A stretch of DNA of 64,000 nt from Bacillota bacterium (lineage in GTDB: Bacteria; Bacillota; Clostridia; Tissierellales; MES13). Of the stretch, positions 52,369 to 60,892 are shown piece by piece. The notes beneath the pieces were generated by a model. It was not told the origin of the DNA and searched no databases. It saw only the letters and a program-made list of their open reading frames with translations. Each line of letters opens with the position of its first letter. Within the stretch, counting starts at the first letter, position 1. Location of the stretch: the NCBI GenBank assembly GCA_009711765.1, contig VEND01000029.1, positions 4,320 through 68,319 of the forward strand, in the 5' to 3' direction. The translations under genes and the position numbers were made by a program.

Positions 52369-53271
52369 GTGGAAGTTAAGAAATTAGAGGAATTTAAAGT
52401 TAAAAATAATTGTGTTTTATTTGGAAAGTTTGATGGGCTACATAGGGGGCATCGAAGTGCAATTGATTTATTAAAACAAGAAGAGCATGAAGGTTTAAAT
52501 TCAGTTATGCTTTATGTAGAAACTGATGATATTGAAAGAATATATACGAAAGAAGAAAAACAAACTATTTTAGAGAAAATTAATCCAATGTATTATGTTG
52601 ATGCTTCTCGATTTAATTTAAAAAATATGGAGGCTCAACAATTTATTGAAGAAATCCTTATAGATAAATTAGATGCAAAAAAAATAATAATTGGAGAAAG
52701 TTATAGATTCGGAAAAGATAGAAAAGGAAGTATTGATACATTAAAGAAATTATCTAAAAAGTTAGGGTTTGAAATAATTGAATGTAAAACAAAGACTTAT
52801 GATAATAAACCTATTACAAGCGAAAGAATTAAAGATGAGATAAGATCTGGAAATATTTTAGATGTAAATGAAATGCTAGGGGAACCATATTTTATTATAG
52901 GTGAAGTTTTACATGGGAAAGCATTAGGAAGGACAGTGGGTATGCCTACTGCTAATTTAAGCATACCTAAAGAAAAAATAGAACCTAAGCATGGAGTATA
53001 TGCTACATTAACTAAGATTGATAATAAAACCTATAAGGGATTAACTAATATTGGACTTAGACCTTCTGTAGATAATTATAATTATACGACTGTTGAAACA
53101 TTTTTATTAGATTTTTCTAAAGATATCTATGGAGAAAAGATAAAGATTGAAATTCATGATTACATAAGAGGAGTAGTTAAGTTTAATAATTTAAGTGAGG
53201 TAAAGGCGCAAGTAGAAAAAGATATAGAAAGAATAGAGAACTGTTTTAAAAGGGGAATTGTTTATGGGTAA
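52369..53271 (+). CDS. ribF: RibF-like riboflavin kinase / FMN adenylyltransferase (kinase domain intact, adenylyltransferase domain eroded)
   Basis: GKFDGLHRGH, RFGKDRKG, ITSERI, GRTVGMPTAN, NIGLRPS, VETFLLDF and DIYGE motifs; the usual TFxPHP segment is absent. Confidence 0.85.
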   Translation: MEVKKLEEFKVKNNCVLFGKFDGLHRGHRSAIDLLKQEEHEGLNSVMLYVETDDIERIYTKEEKQTILEKINPMYYVDASRFNLKNMEAQQFIEEILIDKLDAKKIIIGESYRFGKDRKGSIDTLKKLSKKLGFEIIECKTKTYDNKPITSERIKDEIRSGNILDVNEMLGEPYFIIGEVLHGKALGRTVGMPTANLSIPKEKIEPKHGVYATLTKIDNKTYKGLTNIGLRPSVDNYNYTTVETFLLDFSKDIYGEKIKIEIHDYIRGVVKFNNLSEVKAQVEKDIERIENCFKRGIVYG

Positions 53272-54598
53272 ACTAAAGGCAGTTTATTATATAAATCAGT
53301 TTTATGCTGGAATAGGTGGTGAAGAAAAGGCTGATATCGGTCTTATGACATTTGATGAAAAAAAAGGACCGGCTATAGGTATAGAAAGATTTTGGCAGGG
53401 TGAAATGGAGATTGTAAAAGTAATTAGTTGTGGTGATAACTTTATAAATAATGAAGACAAATTTAAAAGTATTTTACCTAAGATAAAAAAGATACTAAAA
53501 AAGGTTAATCCAGACGTGTTTATTGCAGGGCCAGCTTTTAATGCTGGAAGATATGGAGTTGCTTGTGCTAAGTTATGTGATTATGTAAAAAGAGAATTAG
53601 GAATTGAAAGTGTAACGTCTATGTATTATGAAAATCCAGCTGTAAAGATGTATGTAAAAAATAATTATATAGTAGAAAGTGCTGAAACATCTAGAGGGAT
53701 GAAAAAGGTGTTACCAATTCTTTCGAACCTATCATTAAAATTAGCAAAGAAAGAGAATATTGGCCCTGCGAGATTAGAAGGGTATCTACCCACAGGATAT
53801 AGATATAATGAGTATCATGATAAAACTGGGGCTAAAAGAACAGTGGAGATATTACTTAAGAAATTAAATAACGAAAACTATAAAACAGAAGTTCCTTTAA
53901 GAGGTTTAGAAAAGGTTTCTCCTTCTAAACCTTTTAAGGATATTGAAAATGCCAAAGTAGCTTTAATTACTACTGGTGGATTAGTACCTAAGGGAAATCC
54001 AGATAAATTAAAACAGGCTTTTTCAGTTACCTATGGTAAATATAATATTGGTAATCTTGATTCTATAAAAAAGGATGAATACGAATCAATTCATGGAGGA
54101 TATGATACTACCATTGTAAATCAAGATCCTAATAGATTAGTTCCCTTAGATGAGTTGAGGAATTTAGAAAAAGAAGGGAAAATTAGAGAAATACATGGAA
54201 AGTTTTTTACTACATGTGGAATTGGTACAAACGTCGAAAATAGCAAACAGATAGGAAGAAAAATTGTTAAAGATTTAGAAAAAGAAAATGTAGATATTGC
54301 TATACTTACTTCAACCTGAGGCACTTGTACTCGTTGCGTTGCAACGATTTCAAAAGAATTAGATAAAGAAAATATACCGAATGCTGTAATTACAGCCTTT
54401 ACATCCATAGCTTACAATGTTGGAACTAATAGGATAATATATGGAGGGAATTTCACTAACCCTGCAGGAAACCCAAACTTACCTCTTGATAGAGAAAAAT
54501 ATTATAGAAGGAATATACTATTAAAAGCTTTAGAGGCGATAGCTACTAAAATAACTGAGCCAACAATCTTTAAAGTTGATGAGAGTAAGGAGGTTTAA
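53264..54598 (+). CDS. Glycine/sarcosine/betaine reductase selenoprotein B family protein (444 aa, Sec at TGA 54317-54319)
   Basis: YINQFYAGIGGEEKA, GPAFNAGRYG, HGGYD and DPNR motifs, then LTST-TGA-GTCTRC; the frame stays open for 92 more GrdB-like codons (NRI..GNP.L..E...R..L.KALEA) to TAA at 54596-54598. Confidence 0.92.
54331..54347 (+). promoter_or_regulatory. Bacterial SECIS-like hairpin
   Basis: TCGTTGC-GTT-GCAACGA stem-loop starting 12 nt after the in-frame TGA, at the position of clostridial grdB SECIS elements. Confidence 0.7.
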
Positions 54599-54600
54599 GT

Positions 54601-55911
54601 ATGAAATTAAAAAGGCAATATTTTGATGTAAAGGATGTAGTTTGGGATAGTAAGTTAGAATATAAAGATGAAGTTCTATATTTAAATAAGGAAGAAATCT
54701 TAAAGAAAATTAGACCTTTAATGAAAAATGTAACAAATGTAGACTTAGAAATAGTTAAACCTGGTGAAGATGCAAGGATTATTCATGTATTAGATACTAT
54801 TCAACCAATGGTTAAAATAGAGGGAAGTGGAAAACAATATTCAGGATTTTTTAGTCATCCTAAAACTATAGGTGAAGGAATAACAAATGTATTAAGAGGC
54901 TTTAGTATTATGGAAAGTGCTCCGCTACCTTGGGATGATGGTAGCGCTAGCAGTGGTCTATTATATCCAAGGGATGCAATTATAGATATGACTGGACCAA
55001 TTAAAGGATTTACACCCTTTTCAGAGACTATAAATTTAGTAATAACTTATGAATTAGTTGATGGAAAGTCTTCTGAGGAGTATGACAATGATATAAGACT
55101 TTGTGGACTAAAGATATCTGAGATATTAGCAAAACTTACAGTTAAAAATACTCCAAATGAAGAAGAAACCTTTTCTATAGATGAGATTAATCCTGATTTA
55201 CCGAATGTAGTATTAGTATGGCAATGTCAAAATCAAGGAGTTTATTCAAATACATATTTGTATGGTCATAGTATAGATAATTTAGTTCCAACACTATTAC
55301 ATCCTAATGAAATGTTAGATGGTTGTATAGTAAGTGGTAATTATGTATGGCCTGCATTTAAGGTTCCAACATATTTACATGTGAACCATCCTATTTTATT
55401 AGAATTATATAAACAACATGGAAAGACTATTAACTTTAAGGGAGTGATATTTAGTAGAAGTCACAATCCTACAAATTGGCATAAAGAAAGATCTGCTAAC
55501 TTCTGTGTAAAAATATCTAAATACTTAGATGCAGATGGTTTGATAATGGCTTGGGAAGGAGGAGGAAATGCCGCAGTAGATGGCATGTTAACTATACAAC
55601 AAGCAGAGAATATAGGTATAAAAACATCTACTATAACTTTTGAATTTGGAGGAAAAGATGGAACAGAAGGTGTATTATTAGTTGATGATGTAGCTGAAGC
55701 AGATGCTGTAATTAGTGGAGGCAGTATTGAAAAGACTTATGAGTTACCTAATGTAAAAAGAGTAATTGGTGGTAAGTATTTAAGATTAAATAAGGAATCT
55801 GGAGGATATTTCCCACCTTCAAATAAGAGTATTACATTTGATACAACTACTCAATTTTACTGTTCAGGAAATCAGTCTGGACATAGTAAGTTATTTGGAG
55901 AATCATATTAG
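54601..55911 (+). CDS. Glycine/sarcosine/betaine reductase component B proprotein-family subunit (GrdE/GrdG/GrdI-like)
   Basis: KPGEDARI..D.I.P, IIDMTGP..TPFS, PTLLHPNEMLDG.IVSGN, EGGGN and ADAVISGG motifs. Confidence 0.88.
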   Translation: MKLKRQYFDVKDVVWDSKLEYKDEVLYLNKEEILKKIRPLMKNVTNVDLEIVKPGEDARIIHVLDTIQPMVKIEGSGKQYSGFFSHPKTIGEGITNVLRGFSIMESAPLPWDDGSASSGLLYPRDAIIDMTGPIKGFTPFSETINLVITYELVDGKSSEEYDNDIRLCGLKISEILAKLTVKNTPNEEETFSIDEINPDLPNVVLVWQCQNQGVYSNTYLYGHSIDNLVPTLLHPNEMLDGCIVSGNYVWPAFKVPTYLHVNHPILLELYKQHGKTINFKGVIFSRSHNPTNWHKERSANFCVKISKYLDADGLIMAWEGGGNAAVDGMLTIQQAENIGIKTSTITFEFGGKDGTEGVLLVDDVAEADAVISGGSIEKTYELPNVKRVIGGKYLRLNKESGGYFPPSNKSITFDTTTQFYCSGNQSGHSKLFGESY

Positions 55912-55942
55912 GTTTTAGTTAGTTTTAATAAGGGGGAGAGCT

Positions 55943-57439
55943 ATGATAGATCCTTATAAGTATGTTAATAACAAACCTTATAAACTTTATATTAATGGAG
56001 AATTTATAACACCTAAATCAGGGAAAACTATGGATGTTATAAATCCAGTTAATAATAAGAGTTTTGCAAGGGTATATAAAGGTGGAGAAAAAGAAGTAAA
56101 AAAAGCAATAAAAGCAGCAAGAAAAGCTTATGACAATGGACCTTGGGGGAAAATGACTAATCTACAAAGAAGTAAGTTACTTTTAAAGTTTAGAGATAAG
56201 TTATCAGAAAGGCGAGAAGAACTTGCATGTCTTGAAGCTTTAGATTGTGGAAAACTTTATACAAGTACATTTTACTATGAACTTCCTCAAAGTATAGATG
56301 CATTTGAATACTATGCAGGGAAAGCTAGATGTCTAGAAGGGAAAGTAGTACCTGTGGATGGTGGTGGGAATTATCTTAACTATGTAACATGGAATCCTTG
56401 TGGAGTAGTAGCAGAAATTCTTCCATGGAATGGTCCATTAATGATGGGGTGTCAAAAGATTTCAGCTATATTAGCGGCTGGTAATACTGTAATTGTAAAG
56501 CCTTCATCTTGGGCTTCATTAAGTTTATTGGCACTAGCATCTATATTTGATGAAGTAGGATTTCCACCTGGAGTAGTTAATATAATAACAGGTTCTGGAT
56601 CTTTAGTTGGAGATATGCTTGTAAAGAGTAAAAATGTAGATATGGTATCTTTAACTGGTGGAACTGAGACTGGAAAGAAAATAATAGAATCATCTGCTAA
56701 AAGCGTAAAGAATATAGCTTTAGAACTTGGTGGAAAAAGTCCAAATATTATATTTGAAGATGTCAATTTAGAAAATGCTTGTAAATGGGCATTGTTTGGA
56801 TTTACTTTAAATTCAGGGCAAGTATGTGTATCAGGTACTAGAATAATAGTTCAAGAATCTATATATGATGATTTTATAATTCAATTAAATAAACTTTGTA
56901 AAAATTTCAAATTAGGTGACGGATTTGATTATGAAAAAGGAGTAAATTTTGGCCCGTTAATTTCTAAAGAACATTGTAATACTGTATTGAATTATATTGA
57001 AAAAGGAATAAGTGAAGGAGCTAGACTTGTAACTGGAGGGAAAAAACTTGAAGGGGAACTTTCTAATGGGAATTTTATATCTCCAACAATCTTTGCTGAT
57101 GTAACTTCTCATATGACAATTTTTCAAGAAGAAATATTTGGTCCAGTTGTATGTATATCTAAATTTAAAACTGAAGAAGAAGCAATTAAGTTAGCTAATG
57201 GAGTAAATTATGGATTGGCAGGTGCAGTATTTACAAATAATATTAAGCGTGGACACAGAGTAGCTGAAAAAATAAAAGCCGGTCAAGTGTATATAAACAC
57301 ATATTTTAGTAAAGGAATGGTTGAATCAGCAGGAACAGGATGGAAACAAAGTGGATTAGGAGTTGCTGGTATTCATAAATATATGCACTCTAAAACAACT
57401 TTTGTTGAATTAGATGATAATGTTAACCCACCACTGTAA
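55943..57439 (+). CDS. NAD(P)-dependent aldehyde dehydrogenase (betaine-aldehyde-DH-like)
   Basis: PWN, KPS, TGGTETG, LELGGKSP, SGQVC and EEIFGPV motifs. Confidence 0.93.
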   Translation: MIDPYKYVNNKPYKLYINGEFITPKSGKTMDVINPVNNKSFARVYKGGEKEVKKAIKAARKAYDNGPWGKMTNLQRSKLLLKFRDKLSERREELACLEALDCGKLYTSTFYYELPQSIDAFEYYAGKARCLEGKVVPVDGGGNYLNYVTWNPCGVVAEILPWNGPLMMGCQKISAILAAGNTVIVKPSSWASLSLLALASIFDEVGFPPGVVNIITGSGSLVGDMLVKSKNVDMVSLTGGTETGKKIIESSAKSVKNIALELGGKSPNIIFEDVNLENACKWALFGFTLNSGQVCVSGTRIIVQESIYDDFIIQLNKLCKNFKLGDGFDYEKGVNFGPLISKEHCNTVLNYIEKGISEGARLVTGGKKLEGELSNGNFISPTIFADVTSHMTIFQEEIFGPVVCISKFKTEEEAIKLANGVNYGLAGAVFTNNIKRGHRVAEKIKAGQVYINTYFSKGMVESAGTGWKQSGLGVAGIHKYMHSKTTFVELDDNVNPPL

Positions 57440-57494
57440 GCTATGACAATATATAAATCTTATAAAAACAGAAAACTAATTATAGTAATATACT

Positions 57495-57529
57495 CAATAG
57501 CAGTCATCTTTTAGATGACTGCTATTTTC
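57495..57529 (+). terminator. Intrinsic terminator ending the aldolase-ALDH operon
   Basis: AATAGCAGTCATCT-TTT-AGATGACTGCTATT followed by TT. Confidence 0.8.
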
Positions 57530-57959
57530 AATCTGTTTATAAAACTAGTATTACAATTATATTAGTTTTATAAGCTAAACAATGAAGTAATAGATATTGT
57601 TGTGTTGTGGAAACTGTGGAGAAAGTTACTCCTAAATCAGAGCTTGATGTGGATAGTTTTAATCATATAATAAAAAATGCTTATTTTCTTACTTATTTAA
57701 TACATGTACCTTGTAGAGTAAAAACTTAATTCAATTAAGGATTAAGCTTTAAATAACTAAACAAAAAAGTTTATACTTATGCTCTAAGGTCTTTTTGTTT
57801 ATGATAATTTAGTATTACAAGCATTGTTAATATAATTGGTAATTCATATAGAACTGGTGCCGCATTATCAAAAATACCTAATGAGGAAATTAGTAGTTAA
57901 ACTGTACATAAAATATTGGCACAATTGTACAAAATAATCTTGACATTAGTAGTAATGAT

Positions 57960-58094
57960 TATTTCCTAAAGACTATTGAAAAAGGATTTATTTATGGAGA
58001 TGGTATGATTGATTTTGAATTTAAATGTGGCATTACAAGGAGTATACAAGCTTTTATACGAAAATCCCCTAAGAAGAAAAGACAAAAGAAATAA
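57960..58094 (+). pseudogene. C-terminal remnant of a large serine recombinase
   Basis: FLKTIEKGFIYGDGMIDFEFKCG resembles the VEKIxVxxDxxIxFxFK tail of large serine recombinases; no start or catalytic domain. Confidence 0.45.
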
Positions 58095-58182
58095 GTCAAG
58101 AAGTTAATATAGATAGTAAAAAAGTAATAAGAAACCCTTTAGTTGGAAGATAGTAATTATCAAGCAACTAGGTGGGTTTCTT

Positions 58183-58884
58183 TTAGTTCAAGTATTCCTT
58201 ATATAGATTGGTCATTTGAGTTATAAATTTTCCCCATTCAGGGTTTGTTTTCTTTTCAAAATTTGTTATATAGTATTGGTACTTATAAAGCATTCTAAGT
58301 GATTTTTTATCACCAAGGTCTTTTGCACAGAGATAGTAGATGAGCTCATACATCTTAATAGCTTGAACATTGTCAAGGCCTGTGGACCACTCTGCAGCTT
58401 TCTCTATTAGCTGTATTGCATTGTTATCATGAGCAGCAAAGTATAAAAGATTCTTAACTGCAATGTATGATAGTGATTTTACTTCACCACGGTCATCTTT
58501 ATTATCAATCATTGGTTCGTAGTTAGTATGTGGATATATCTTTGCTTCAATTGAATTACGAAGACCTTTTTCAATAGCTGTTAGAGAAGAATCTTTATGG
58601 ATAATAATAGCAGGGGGATTCTTCTCTAACAAATCCTCAATATATTCCTGAATTGATGAAAGGATCAGTTCTTCATAAACCGCCTCATGTATAGCGAGCT
58701 TGGGAAAAGTTGAAAAAATAGGGTCAAGCCACACTTTCTTAAAGAGGGGAAAATCAAAACTTCTCTTAGTATATCTGCTGCGGTCTGGGGGAATCAAAAA
58801 GTTTGCATCCAGAGTAATGATTTGAGTAGGGTCCTTAAATATACTAATTAGGGAAGGATTTTGGGTGTTAATGTTAATTTTCAT
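58183..58884 (-). CDS. PIN-like domain protein (putative RNase toxin)
   Basis: ITLDANFLI, IHEAVYEEL, DRGEVKSL and AAHDNNA give the acidic PIN active-site pattern; AGGAGGGG RBS favours the start at 58884. Confidence 0.65.
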   Translation of the reverse strand: MKININTQNPSLISIFKDPTQIITLDANFLIPPDRSRYTKRSFDFPLFKKVWLDPIFSTFPKLAIHEAVYEELILSSIQEYIEDLLEKNPPAIIIHKDSSLTAIEKGLRNSIEAKIYPHTNYEPMIDNKDDRGEVKSLSYIAVKNLLYFAAHDNNAIQLIEKAAEWSTGLDNVQAIKMYELIYYLCAKDLGDKKSLRMLYKYQYYITNFEKKTNPEWGKFITQMTNLYKEYLN

Positions 58885-59758
58885 TATTCCCCTCCTCGTT
58901 AAAGAAGGCATCTAGTTCATCAATATCTTCATCAGATACGGTGATTTCATAACCGAATTCATCCGGTGTTTTGTTGAAGAGACTTAATGTGTCAGCAAAC
59001 TTGTCTTCATCAATCAGGTTATCTTCGAAGTTTCGGATGATGATTTCAATATCATTGGGAGAAGTACCGATGGTGTTGGTTGCTTTATTTAATTTTATGA
59101 AGACTTCGTTATTAATTGCGCGACCGATCTTACCATATGCACCATCTAAATTTCTTTCATTAATGGCATACAATTTTTTATATTGTTCTTTAGAAATAGC
59201 CTTAATTTCACTAAGTCTTTTGACGATGGAGCGATAAGGAATCAACCACGTACATTGAAGTCTAGCTATAAATCGTAAAAGAGTTTTTATAGAAACTTCC
59301 AATAGAGATGAAGTCTTGAATTCCTCAAGAATGATACCTTCTAATGCAACTTCTGGTAGTAAGAACTCAGCTGCAAACCGATTTGCTTTTGCTTCAATAA
59401 TATTATTTTCTTCATCTTCCAATCGACTTAGATGGGATCCGGTTTTTGTGTAATAATGATATAGCTCATGTGCAATGGCAAAAACCTGCTTATCAAAGTA
59501 ATCAGCTGTGTTTAAACCAATAAATACTAGTTCTCTGTTACCTTCCTCAGAATATATAATTGCAGCAGAAAAAGCTGGTTTACCATCTTCAGATTTAATA
59601 GGATATTCTAATAACATAATGTCTAACTGATCAAGGATTGTAAAAATGTCATTTGCAATAGGAGTTTCACCGATAAAACCTAGAGATTGGCGCCGATCTC
59701 TGGCAAGCTTACGGATTTCCTCTATCTGAACTTCATTAAGCTTTATTCGTTGATTCAT
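58874..59758 (-). CDS. ImmA/IrrE family Zn metallopeptidase (DUF955)
   Basis: FAIAHELYH (HExxH) and EAKANRFAAEFLLP motifs. Confidence 0.9.
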   Translation of the reverse strand: MNQRIKLNEVQIEEIRKLARDRRQSLGFIGETPIANDIFTILDQLDIMLLEYPIKSEDGKPAFSAAIIYSEEGNRELVFIGLNTADYFDKQVFAIAHELYHYYTKTGSHLSRLEDEENNIIEAKANRFAAEFLLPEVALEGIILEEFKTSSLLEVSIKTLLRFIARLQCTWLIPYRSIVKRLSEIKAISKEQYKKLYAINERNLDGAYGKIGRAINNEVFIKLNKATNTIGTSPNDIEIIIRNFEDNLIDEDKFADTLSLFNKTPDEFGYEITVSDEDIDELDAFFNEEGNNEN

Positions 59759-60101
59759 TTTCGAATTTCTCCCTTAATAGGATTTGTTGTCTTAATGACA
59801 GCATCATTTTAAAGAGCTTATCTACGCCTTTTTTTTCATTTTCGCTCAATGCTTCGCTGCGAAGTGCAATAAACGAATTCTTTTTTTCTTTTTCTATAAA
59901 CATATTTGTAATATCAAATCCAAGTATATCGGCTAATGCTTCAAATTGCGCGATGGAAGGAGTAAAATCCTCTCGCTCAATACGACCAATCATAATTCTA
60001 TTAATACCAGTTAATTTTCCTAATTCTTCCTTTGTATATCCTTTTTCTTCTCTTAATTTTGTAACTGTTGTAGCTAGTTTTTTAGAAGATAAAATTTTCA
60101 T
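59736..60101 (-). CDS. XRE-family helix-turn-helix regulator
   Basis: LREEKGYTKEELGKLTGINRIMIGRIE..PS HTH_3; AAAGGAGG RBS favours the start at 60101. Confidence 0.88.
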   Translation of the reverse strand: MKILSSKKLATTVTKLREEKGYTKEELGKLTGINRIMIGRIEREDFTPSIAQFEALADILGFDITNMFIEKEKKNSFIALRSEALSENEKKGVDKLFKMMLSLRQQILLREKFENESTNKA

Positions 60102-60146
60102 AATTGGGCCTCCTTTCACTAATATAGTATGCCCATATCTAATTAT

Positions 60147-60175
60147 ATGATACTTAAAATAACAAACTTTGTCAA
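60147..60175 (-). promoter_or_regulatory. SigmaA promoter of the XRE-ImmA-PIN operon
   Basis: Minus strand TTGACA-17 bp-TATCAT. Confidence 0.65.
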
Positions 60176-60309
60176 TGTTGCAGTTAAAAAATGATGTTTG
60201 AAATTAATATTAACATAAATCTTTAAATGTATCAAAAGGAAGAATTATAGTTTCATTAATATAAATTTTTTGCTACAAATTCAAAAAGTATTCCTAATAG
60301 CAAATTCAT

Positions 60310-60525
60310 AAGTATATGCACTTTAAGACATCGAAGAATATGAGAAGAGTAAAGCAACAATTAAACTTTTATCAAAATTACTAGAAGCTGAAAGAACTAT
60401 CAAAACAGGAAAAGATTGGATTACTGAAGATCAAGCGAAAGAAGACTTGGGTATATGGTCTTATCGTAATTAAGGATTAATCCAATTGCAAGATACGATT
60501 TAATAAGGATATGAAAGATATAGAA
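60310..60525 (+). pseudogene. Remnant Phd/YefM antitoxin C-terminus plus start of a RelE/ParE toxin
   Basis: KYAL*DIEEYEKSKATIKLLSKLLEAERTIKTGKDWITEDQAKEDLG, followed by LRINPIARYDL. Confidence 0.55.
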
Positions 60526-60530
60526 ATTCT

Positions 60531-60647
60531 CAGTTTAGTATTTTAGATATATTGCCTAAAACTTCAGTGTCTGAAGATGTAATATAATTAGAAAATACTA
60601 TGAAGAAAAAGCTTGGTTCAAAGGTTTTTGAATTAAATATGAATTAG
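60531..60647 (+). pseudogene. C-terminal remnant of a GIY-YIG nuclease family protein
   Basis: QFSILDILPKT..EDVI*LENTMKKKLGSKVFELNMN matches the FQxSILE..E..WK.KL.SR..GLN.N tail. Confidence 0.55.
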
Positions 60648-60892
60648 AATTTATTAAATTAACTAATAGATGAATCTAGTAAAAAATATAGAGAAGGGAT
60701 AACTTATGATAAGAAAGGTGTAAAAGATTTAATTAGCAAATTAGGAGTTGGGAGTGTTATAGAAACAGTTTATTATATTAACTGACTGCCGTAATGAAGC
60801 ATATTATTTAGACAATATAATACTTTGAATTTATAAATTTAGAAGGGATTTACTGTAAATTATATAATATATACATATATGGAAATTAATAC

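Noticed and set aside
53258-54319. GrdB-like ORF as a truncated gene or pseudogene ending at TGA
   Set aside because: The TGA sits in the TSTUGTC motif, is followed by a SECIS-like hairpin, and the frame continues with family-typical sequence; it is read as selenocysteine.
53264-55911. Calling the pair a canonical glycine reductase grdB/grdE
   Set aside because: No grdA, grdC/D or trx genes nearby, the pyruvoyl Cys is missing, and the context is sugar/flavin-type catabolism, so no gene symbols were assigned.
3617-60150. Numerous short ORFs antisense to or overlapping long genes (e.g. 3617, 5739, 6831, 9759, 16932, 27010, 44825, 54121, 56452, 58971, 59953)
   Set aside because: Shadow frames of well-supported genes, with no motifs or RBS.
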